Shown: positions 18,561 to 26,124 of the stretch, piece after piece
Layout: each line of letters starts with the position of its first letter
Position numbering within the stretch: the first letter of the stretch is position 1
NCBI GenBank assembly: GCA_036522835.1
Contig: DATDFB010000093.1
Span: 40,683-104,682 of the forward strand
Length of the DNA stretch: 64,000 nucleotides
Source: Thermoanaerobaculia bacterium
Lineage (GTDB): Bacteria > Acidobacteriota > Thermoanaerobaculia > Gp7-AA8
Direction of reading: 5' to 3'
Notes under the pieces: model-generated
Database searches by the model: none
Told to the model about the DNA's origin: nothing
Seen by the model: the letters and a program-made list of their open reading frames with translations, nothing else
Translations under genes and position numbers: made by a program

Positions 18561-19147
18561 CTAACGATGCGCCGTCACGCCGACCTGCCGGCAGTACTCG
18601 AGGACCGCGCAAGTCGAGCACTTGGGCAGGCGTCCCGTGCAGATGTGCTTTCCGAACGGCACGCGACGTAGCCCCAGCGGTTCGTGACGCGATGCACGTG
18701 GATATCCACGCTGATCCGCTCCGCCCCGCAGGCCACCCCCATCGCCAAATTCGCACACTTGGGACCGACGCCGTGGAACGAGGTCAGAATCTCGAAGTCG
18801 CAGGGAATCTCGCCGCCGAATTCGTCCACGGTGCGCCGCGCGATCTCGCGGATCTGCGCCGCCTTCGCCTCGTGAAAGCTGCTCGCCCGGATCAGCGTAT
18901 CGATCTGCGCCACGGACAACGCCGCCACAGCGGCCGGCGTGGCCGCACGCTCGAAGAGGTTGATGGCCGTTGGAAGACTCACTTCGTCGCGAGTGCGGAT
19001 GGAGATGATGCACCCGACAAGCTGCTGAAAGACGCTCCGAAAGCCGCGCTGCGCAAGCGCGAACATGGCCGCGTCCGCATGCTCCGTCACCGCCGCGCGG
19101 ACGCGGCGCAGGACGTCGTCGATGTCGAACGGCCGCTTGCGCGCCAT
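18561..19147 (-). pseudogene. nth: endonuclease III (Nth)-like HhH-GPD glycosylase, apparently frameshifted before the 4Fe-4S motif
   Basis: HhH-GPD region (FHGVGPKCANLAMGV ... DIHVHRVTNRWGYV) lies in one frame. The Cys-x6-Cys-x2-Cys-x5-Cys cluster (CTGRLPKCSTCAVLEYC) lies in the +1 frame of the same strand. Confidence 0.5.
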
Positions 19148-19214
19148 GCAGATATCGAGCACGGTAAGCTAACCGCCGGTTGCCTCGTCCGTCTCTTCTC
19201 TTCGGAGGCTCCTC

Positions 19215-20606
19215 TTGAGAAGGCTCGCTCTCGTTGTCCTCACGTTTGCCCTAACCGCGTGCGCGACCACGGATGCCGATCGCGTCAAGGGGTTCGAGCG
19301 GGAGGCGGATGCGCTCCGGCAGGCTCTATACATCCCCGGCATGTCCGCCGCGATCGTGAAGGACCAGAAGGTTCTTTGGACGCACGGCTTTGGATACGCC
19401 GACCTCGAGAACCGCGTGCCCGCCACGCCGGACACGCTCTACCACGTGGCCTCGGTGACGAAGACGTTCGGCGCGACGCTGGTGCTGCAGCTCGTCGAGA
19501 AGGGGGAGGTCTCGCTCGACGAGCCGATTGCGCCGTACACGCCGTCGCGGTTCTCGGGGAAGATCACCGACCCGCGCGTGCAGATCCGCCATATTCTCAG
19601 CCACACGTCCGCGGGCACGCCGGGCGATGCCTTCGCCTACAACGGCAGCCTCTACGATGCGGTCACGCCGGTGATCGAGAAGAAGTACGGGGCGCCGTTC
19701 CGGCAGGTGATCGCGCAGCGGATTCTCGATCCGCTGAAGATGACGGAAAGCGTTCCCGGCCACGAGGTGATCAACGATCCGGAGCTCGCGCGCCGCTACG
19801 CGCCCAACCTCGCGCGCTTCGCCAAACCGTACGCGCTCTACGGCAAGGGCGAGATCGTCCCCGCCAGCTACCCCGGCAAAGAGATCGGTGCCTCCGCCGG
19901 GTTGCTCTCGACGGTGCGCGACCTCGCGAAGTACGACATCGCCATCGATCGCCACGTCCTTCTCCAGCCGAAGACGCAGGAGCTTGCGTGGACGCCGTTC
20001 GTGTCGAACAAGGGCGAGCGCCTCCCATACGGACTCGGTTGGTTCACCGGCGAGTACCGCGGCGAGAAACTCATCTGGCACACCGGCAATTGGGGTTTGG
20101 GGTTCTCAGCGTTGGTTTTCAAGGTGCCGGCGAGGAATGTGTCGGTGATTCTTCTGGCGAACAGCGAGGCGCTCGCCGACGGCTTCTGGGTCCCGGGCGA
20201 GACGAATCCGTTTGCCTGCGCGTTCCTTCGGCAGTTCGTGTTGACGGCGGACGATCCTTGCAAAGAGGCGGCGGCGGCGGTGATGAACCAGTGGCTGGCC
20301 GGGCGCGCGGCGGCTTACGAGCCGGCCATCGCGCTCGACGAGGCGGTCCTGGCGTCCTACGCCGGCGAGTACCGGCCGAGCGAGGGGCGGACGCACACGA
20401 TCGCGCGCGAGGGAACGCACCTTTTCGTCGACATCCCAAGGAAAGACGATCGATTGGAGATTTTCCCCTCCGCGAAGGGCGATTTCTTCCTCAAAGTCCC
20501 GACGGTGACGCGCATACGATTCATTCGCGAGGGGGAGAAAGTGACGGCGCTGGAGTTCACCTTCGGCCCAGGAGAGAAGCCCATTCGCGCGGAGAAGATC
20601 CGGTGA
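19215..20606 (+). CDS. serine hydrolase of the class C beta-lactamase / penicillin-binding-protein-like family
   Basis: Lipoprotein-like signal peptide. S-x-x-K motif in HVASVTKTF. 463 aa. Confidence 0.85.
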   Translation: MRRLALVVLTFALTACATTDADRVKGFEREADALRQALYIPGMSAAIVKDQKVLWTHGFGYADLENRVPATPDTLYHVASVTKTFGATLVLQLVEKGEVSLDEPIAPYTPSRFSGKITDPRVQIRHILSHTSAGTPGDAFAYNGSLYDAVTPVIEKKYGAPFRQVIAQRILDPLKMTESVPGHEVINDPELARRYAPNLARFAKPYALYGKGEIVPASYPGKEIGASAGLLSTVRDLAKYDIAIDRHVLLQPKTQELAWTPFVSNKGERLPYGLGWFTGEYRGEKLIWHTGNWGLGFSALVFKVPARNVSVILLANSEALADGFWVPGETNPFACAFLRQFVLTADDPCKEAAAAVMNQWLAGRAAAYEPAIALDEAVLASYAGEYRPSEGRTHTIAREGTHLFVDIPRKDDRLEIFPSAKGDFFLKVPTVTRIRFIREGEKVTALEFTFGPGEKPIRAEKIR

Positions 20607-20790
20607 CGGACTTCAGGACCTGCTTTTCGAAAATGCCGCTTCGATCGGCGCCGACCGAGCCGGCAGCCTGCCACTGCACGATGAGTTTCGAGGCCGCCTC
20701 GATCGAAGTCACGTCGAGCGCGCAGGGGATGTTCTCCGCCGATCGCGAACGGCCGTTCCGAAGTACGTATTGAGTACGCGGAGTCCAACA
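20600..20790 (-). mobile_element. degenerate duplicate of the integrase 5' region (integrase remnant) ending in the conserved GTACGTATTGAGTACGCG motif
   Basis: 20612-20725 is ~85-90% identical to 25307-25510. Encodes ALDVTSIEAASKLIVQWQAAG vs ALDVTTIEAASKLILQWRAAG of the integrase at 25159-25623. Confidence 0.5.
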
Positions 20791-21034
20791 TGTCATAGCT
20801 TTTCGCCCTTTGCCGGTTGTCCTCGAAGAAGGAAGGTCTTCGGATACTTTCCTTCGCTGCAAATCTTGAATGAGCCGAAGTCTTTACCCAGGGTCCGTCC
20901 GGTGCTACCGGCTCCGACTCACGCCAGACCTTGAGCTGGTAGAGGTCTTCGACGGTGATTTTGCGCGCGCGAAGTCGGTCGAAGAGGTGGTCGCGCAACG
21001 CTGCCGGTAGATTGGTCCACTGAATCTTCGGCAC
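20770..21034 (-). pseudogene. truncated ORF translationally coupled to the upstream RHH gene (putative toxin remnant)
   Basis: GTG overlaps the RHH stop (TAGTG). Reads VPKIQWTNLPAALRDHLFDRLRARKITVEDLYQLKVW... and runs without a stop into the integrase-remnant duplicate and the opposite-strand bla-like gene. Confidence 0.3.
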
Positions 21035-21306
21035 TACGGCTCACCGAACGTCATGCGTGCCAGTTCTTCTTTGAGCCGTTTCTGCTCGGCGGGATCGGAC
21101 GAATGGGTCAGCCGGTCCGCAACCTCAAAGAATGCAACCTTCTCCCGCTCCTTTGCATCGAGACCGCTTTCGATCAGATCGACGATGACGCGGTTGGCAC
21201 TGGTGCGATGGCGCTTCGCGAGCGCCTGAACACGCCGTGCCACGGATAACGGGAGACTGACGCTCTGGCGGACAGTTCGCTGCGATTGAGCCATGAGCTT
21301 CTTCAT
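21034..21306 (-). CDS. ribbon-helix-helix (CopG/ParD-like) protein, antitoxin-like
   Basis: RQSVSLPLSVARRVQALAKRHRTSANRVIVDLIESGL fits the RHH beta-strand plus two helices. 90 aa. Lies in the low-GC patch. Confidence 0.6.
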   Translation of the reverse strand: MKKLMAQSQRTVRQSVSLPLSVARRVQALAKRHRTSANRVIVDLIESGLDAKEREKVAFFEVADRLTHSSDPAEQKRLKEELARMTFGEP

Positions 21307-21548
21307 CCTACACCATCATGCACCACGATGCACCAGCGCAGCGCATCGTAGTCGACAGCTCTGAGTTTGAGCGGAAACAGCAGCTTGAGGAGTAGTAGCG
21401 ATTGATGGAGACGGCGGAACCTAACCCTACTCTCGTCTTTTCAGTAACTTACTGAAAACACTATACCACGAAAAGCGCGTGAACCGCGTGAATGGCGGTT
21501 CGGAGGTACGTATTGAGTACGCGACACGGGCGCGGATGCGGCGTTCGA

Positions 21549-21824
21549 TCATTTTCCGACCTTGACCCAGGTGAAATACTTCGCGGTAATCGGTTCGGAA
21601 GCACCATTCCATGCCCGCATTGAGGCGATCTTCTTGTCTGTCATCTGGTCTCCGGCAAGAACAGCGGTTGAGCCGTCGTCGAAGCGCACGTCGCATTTGG
21701 CGCGGTGCTCGAATTCCTTCGGAAAGATGTCGACGGCTTCGCCGTTGCATAGCGCGGCAGGACGACATCCGGGCAGCCGGGTAGGTCTCAAACATGGATA
21801 CGGAAACGTAAGCCACGCGCCCAC
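21549..21824 (-). CDS. small hypothetical protein (GTG start)
   Basis: 91-aa ORF in the low-GC island, downstream of the REC-effector gene. No family recognised. Confidence 0.3.
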   Translation of the reverse strand: MGAWLTFPYPCLRPTRLPGCRPAALCNGEAVDIFPKEFEHRAKCDVRFDDGSTAVLAGDQMTDKKIASMRAWNGASEPITAKYFTWVKVGK

Positions 21825-21989
21825 AATCTGCTCCGCAGCGCTACTTCCGCTGAGGTATTCCGTCTTGGCAGTCTTGCCTTGATTCTGGACGCCGCCTCCG
21901 AACTCGATTTAAAGCCGTTGAATCGAGGTGCCAGCATTGTCCTTTGCTAAACGTACTGGTCATTCTCAAATTCGGTACGGTGTCGCACG

Positions 21990-22973
21990 CTACGATGCGA
22001 TCTGCCGCACCCATCTCTCAACCACCGCCCGCACCTGGAGATCCTTTGAATAATCTTGATAGAGGTCCTTGATTAGATCGAAGGGCACGGACGGCAGCGA
22101 CGTATGACGCAGTACGAGACACTCCTTTCCTTGGTAATGCATCATGCCAAGCTCGTAGGCGACATTTGGGCTATAAGCCTGGCCAGCTTCAGCTTCATCA
22201 AAGAGTGCGATGCCGAATTTGCAGCAGTAGAGGACTGCAATCGGATTGTAGATGTTACGGGTTATATTCCAAGCGTCCTGATCAGCACGGACGCCGCACA
22301 GGCCGGCGCGCGCGAGACATTCAATGATGAATTCGCCTAGCTCCACATTGTTTGCACGAAACTTCATCATTAGGAATACGTTTTTCTCGAATGGGAAACG
22401 AAGTAGTTGGCGCTCGATATCTTTTTTGTAGCCGACTAGTGGTTTTATGAGTTCGTATCGGCCATGACTAAGCAGGTCAAGTGTTCGCTCCTTCTCGGGA
22501 ACCAGGCGCCTTATTTCTTCCTCGACGATACGCCGCACCTCACGTTCGCGCACAAATTCTAAGTTGGGGTGTGGCGCAGCGACTGGCGTTCTAATAATCG
22601 AGTCAATGAGTTCCATCAAGGACGCTGTGTTCAACTCCGACTTGTCCAACAAGGCGTCCACACCTAGCGCACTTAGCTCGCGGGTATAACGGGCCGAGAA
22701 TGCAGAAACGGCGATAAGGGGCGTTTTCGGTAGTAAAGTCTTAGCGAACTTAATAAAGCCCAGGCCGTCCGATTCATTCGGAGAAAGTACGAGATCGGTT
22801 ACTATGGCGTTGTAGGCCGGATCGGCCTTCAGGCGAGCTATAGCGTCCTCGGCGGACGTGACGAGAGTGACGTCGACCCTATCGCTAATAGTGTCGCGAA
22901 TCGCGTCGAGGTAAATCACGTCATCGTCGAGCCACAGTAGACGCGGCTTGGATGAAGAAGATGTCGTCGGCAT
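21990..22973 (-). CDS. response regulator: receiver domain fused to a nucleoside 2-deoxyribosyltransferase/DNPH1-like (TIR-related flavodoxin-fold) domain
   Basis: REC part: LLWLDDD, IVTDLVL, LIAVSAF, LLDKS. C-terminal part: NVFLMMKF ... IAVLYCCKFG ... SPNVAYELGMMHYQGKECLVL, which matches the catalytic-Glu motif of NDT (DVGLGMELGYALSQGKYVLLV) and DNPH1 (SLGVGYELGRAVAFNKRILCLF). ATG overlaps the HK stop (TGATG). Confidence 0.75.
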   Translation of the reverse strand: MPTTSSSSKPRLLWLDDDVIYLDAIRDTISDRVDVTLVTSAEDAIARLKADPAYNAIVTDLVLSPNESDGLGFIKFAKTLLPKTPLIAVSAFSARYTRELSALGVDALLDKSELNTASLMELIDSIIRTPVAAPHPNLEFVREREVRRIVEEEIRRLVPEKERTLDLLSHGRYELIKPLVGYKKDIERQLLRFPFEKNVFLMMKFRANNVELGEFIIECLARAGLCGVRADQDAWNITRNIYNPIAVLYCCKFGIALFDEAEAGQAYSPNVAYELGMMHYQGKECLVLRHTSLPSVPFDLIKDLYQDYSKDLQVRAVVERWVRQIAS

Positions 22974-24418
22974 CAATCCTCCCCTTGCGTCAGTTCAGTG
23001 CCGTCTGGCCGCCGCTGAAATGCGAACAATGTGCATCGGACACGCGGTAATGTTACCGTCGCAATTGTTTTTGCCTCGTCATCAGATACGCTGCGTTGCA
23101 GTTTGACTGAACCACCATACCCTTCAATTACTGTACGGACGACGGCAAGACCATACCCGCGTCCCGGCCCATTCCGGGTTGAGAAGCCCTCCTCGAAGAT
23201 CTTCTGTTGCAGGCCTGGCGGAATACCTTCCCCATTGTCAATCACTCTGATGATCACGCGCCCGCCGTCTGGATTTCCTTCGCCTTGAGTCAGGACGGCG
23301 ACGCGGCCAGATCTGTCAGGCGAAACCGCGTCATACGCGTTCCGCAGTAGATTCACAATAGCGCGCATAAGTTCTACGCTGTCGGCACGCACGCAGCAGT
23401 TGTGTGAATAGTGGACTGTTAGAACAGCGCGCTCCGGCCGCGTTTCTTTGATCGCCATAACGGCGAGTTGGACCACGGTATTGACATTGACAACGCTCGT
23501 GCGTGGCGCACGGCTATCCGAAGCGGCGGTGGGGGCCAAAAGATCGTTTAGATCTATAAGATCATTAGGAGTCGGCAATAACTGCTGCGCGGCTGAGAGC
23601 GTAGCGTTAACGCGCAGGACGGCGTCGTCCAGCGCTTGTAGCTCGGCAGCGACCCGGTCTTCGGCCGGCCCGAGTAACTGTGTAATACGGTCGACATGCA
23701 GGCCGATTTGGGCAATAGGCGTTCCTAGTTCGTGCGTCACACGACCTATGGTGGCAGCCGCTCCAGATAGACGTGCGCCGATCGACGCCTTTTCAATGAA
23801 GGCCGCCTCAAGCCCATATGCGATCGACACTTTACTAGCAATAGCGACGACGAACAGGATTTGCAAAAAAGGAGCGGCTGTGGTCGCTGGAATGATGGCT
23901 GATAGTGGCTGCAGCATTGCGTAGCAAAGGGCACCGCCTGCTGGCAGATGGACAAAGCGTGCGGCTCCCGGCAACGAAATGGTTAAAGCCTTGCAATAGA
24001 AGACAGCAAGAGCGACCAGGCCGAATGTGTTCAGCATTGCCATGAGAAACGGTCGCAGTTGAAAGGGCGCCCAAATCGATGACGCGGCGATGACGATTAG
24101 TAGCGTTAGGGCGATGCGCCATATGGAAGAGACACGTCGCTCACTTAGCAAAGCTGCGCCGAACAGCGCAGCGGAGATAACATCAAAAGCCACCGAGGAG
24201 ACTTCCAGCCACCGGTATTCAGGAAGTGCGGGGACGCCAAGAGTACCGATGAGGAGGTATACGAGGTGGGCGAACCAGCCTAGTGCGGCTAGCGAGAACG
24301 ATCGTCGCGCCAACACCCGGACGGCCTGTGCATTGGTGATGATTAAGAGGATGACCGCGAAGAGTTGCGCGGTCACGAGATAGTTGATCAGCCGTTGAAG
24401 CACCTGCGAAGTCACCAT
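22973..24418 (-). CDS. multi-pass membrane sensor histidine kinase (6-7 TM, HisKA, HATPase_c)
   Basis: About 200-aa N-terminal region with 6-7 hydrophobic helices. H-box VTHELGTPIAQIG. N, G1 and G2 boxes (NLLRNAYDA, DNGEGIP, GYGLAVV). Confidence 0.85.
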   Translation of the reverse strand: MVTSQVLQRLINYLVTAQLFAVILLIITNAQAVRVLARRSFSLAALGWFAHLVYLLIGTLGVPALPEYRWLEVSSVAFDVISAALFGAALLSERRVSSIWRIALTLLIVIAASSIWAPFQLRPFLMAMLNTFGLVALAVFYCKALTISLPGAARFVHLPAGGALCYAMLQPLSAIIPATTAAPFLQILFVVAIASKVSIAYGLEAAFIEKASIGARLSGAAATIGRVTHELGTPIAQIGLHVDRITQLLGPAEDRVAAELQALDDAVLRVNATLSAAQQLLPTPNDLIDLNDLLAPTAASDSRAPRTSVVNVNTVVQLAVMAIKETRPERAVLTVHYSHNCCVRADSVELMRAIVNLLRNAYDAVSPDRSGRVAVLTQGEGNPDGGRVIIRVIDNGEGIPPGLQQKIFEEGFSTRNGPGRGYGLAVVRTVIEGYGGSVKLQRSVSDDEAKTIATVTLPRVRCTLFAFQRRPDGTELTQGED

Positions 24419-24494
24419 TCTGGAATCATGTATTTTGTGGTATCGGGTAGGGCGCTGCCAATGAGAAGTTCGCTGGGATGATGAATGCCACGCG

Positions 24495-25623
24495 TTAGCG
24501 ATGGCCTCGCACGAGTCGAAGGTGCGCGGGTGCGACGGGCCAAGCTTTCATGACTGCCGCTTCAAGCTGCTCATGCCGCGCCTTCACCCACGGCGCATAG
24601 CTCTTCTCGGTGATTTTCACCGGGGAATGGCCGAGAAGCACGGACACTTGGTCGATCGGAACGCCGGCGAGGAGAAGCTCCACGGCGAAGGTGTCACGGA
24701 AGCGGTGGGCATGCGCGCCGCTCACATTCGCTATGTCGACGCAAAGTTTGCGGAGCGATCGCTGTTAATCGGCAACCGTCGTTTTGGGGAGGCCGTTGCC
24801 GGACCAGAAGAAGTAGCTCGGATGCACGTTCGGCGTCTCGTCGAGGGCCGCGATGACGTAAGGTGGCAGCGGCACGAAGACCGGCACGCCGGTCTTCTGC
24901 ATATAGAGGAGAAGCTTGCCGTCGCGGACGCGCTCACGCCGGAGCGTGGCGGCGTCGCGGATACGGAGCCCGGAGTGCGCAGGAGCAGCACCATCGCACG
25001 GAGGCGGGTGCGGTTCCCTTCGCCGTAGATGCCTTTGATCGGGAACCGGTCGCAGGCAGAGACGATCGCAGTCATTTCCTCGGCGGTGAAGGGGAGCGTC
25101 GGGTCCTGCTTCACCTTCGGCGGGTGGAGTGACTTCATCGGGTTGTCGGAGATCCACTTCATGCGCATGCAGAAGTAGAAGAAGCCGACGACGCGCTGGT
25201 ACTTCTTCGAGGCGGCGAGCGCCTCGTCTTTCCACGTCGAACGCCACGCGGTGAGGCGATCGGGAGTGAGGTCTTGAGGAACCGGTAGCCGTGGTCTTTG
25301 GCGAACTTCAGAAACTGCCTTTCGAAAATCGTGGTGAGCTTCGTGATGGTGGCTTTGGCGAGGTCCCGGGCGCGGGCGTCGTCGAGGTACTTCATGACGG
25401 CCGTCTCGATGCGCGTCGGTTCAACCTTCTGGCCGCCGATCGTGCCGGCGGCCCGCCACTGCAGGATGAGCTTCGAGGCCGCCTCGATCGTGGTCACGTC
25501 GAGCGCGCGGCTGATGGTCTCTCCGGCGAGCGTGCCCTGGACCCAGATGGGGCAGGAGCAGCGGAGATAGGAACGGGAGGTATGGGAGCAGGACTTCAGA
25601 TGGCGGCGGTAGATTCGAAGCAT
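24495..25623 (-). pseudogene. int: tyrosine-type site-specific integrase disrupted by at least three frameshifts
   Basis: N-terminus MLRIYRRHLKSC...RCSCPIWVQG in one frame. RAMVLLL... / HSGLRIRD...KTGVPVFVPLPPYVIAAL in two other frames. C-terminal HRFRDTFAVELLLAGVPIDQVSVLLGHSPVKITEKSYAP (catalytic Tyr) in a fourth. Sits next to the tmRNA 3' end. Confidence 0.7.
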
Positions 25624-25732
25624 CGCGCTCTCCGTTCTAGATCGAAGAGTACGTATTAGGTACACGCCGAATCGCCAGTTTCGCGAGAATCGCTAAACGC
25701 CGCAAGATCAGTCGTTTAGGTCGCTAAAATCG

Positions 25733-26089
25733 TTGGTGGAGGCGGCGGGAGTCGAACCCGCGTCCGAGAGCAGTGAAGCGTGGCTCCTACATGCTTATCT
25801 CTCCTTTAGATCTCGTCCGCGTTCTGCCCGGAGAGCGGGGAACGGACGCGGGCCAGCCTGTACGGTTTTCGTGCGCTGCGGCCAGGCGGTCCGCGGCACC
25901 TTAGCTCGACTCAATGACACCTCTTCCGCCGGCTCGAGCAACCGTACGGAGAGGCGCTCACGGGTTTTTAGGCCGCGAGGGCGAGTTCGCTGTTGTTCGC
26001 AGCTACTCAGTGTGATCGGATTTACGAGGCAATCAGCTCGGCATGCAACCACCGCCCCGACGTGTCCCCGTCGAAGCCGGTGCGCCCCC
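25733..26089 (-). ncRNA. ssrA: tmRNA (SsrA)
   Basis: 3' end ...AAGCAUGUAG...CGGACGCGGGUUCGACUCCCGCCGCCUCCACCA nearly matches the E. coli ssrA 3' end. 5' GGGGGCG..UUCGACGGG..GCAUGCCGAG..GCCUCGUAAA also matches. Predicted tag GCGAACAACAGCGAACUCGCCCUCGCGGCCUAA = ANNSELALAA*. Confidence 0.9.
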
Positions 26090-26124
26090 AACTTGTCAAC
26101 GAACTGCATCCGAAAACGGCGGGC

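Noticed and set aside
18491-20773. 760-aa plus-strand ORF spanning nth antisense and the bla-like gene
   Set aside because: Only the 19215-20606 portion has a signal peptide and S-x-x-K motif. The rest is Arg-rich antisense of nth and the SIR2 gene start.
21437-21462. Possible degenerate attR copy of the tmRNA 3' end (GGAGACGGCGGAACCTAACCC vs GGAGGCGGCGGGAGTCGAACCC)
   Set aside because: Only ~19/25 matches with a gap, and its orientation relative to the neighbouring 18-bp motif is inverted compared with the real ssrA end. It is too weak to call without a comparative empty site.
21427-21816. 129-aa minus ORF crossing the GTACGTATTGAGTACGC motif (shares the peptide YSIRTSE-PF with the 20357-21034 ORF)
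   Set aside because: The shared peptide is simply the repeated DNA motif read in one frame. The ORF otherwise lacks start context and overlaps the more plausible 21549-21824 ORF.
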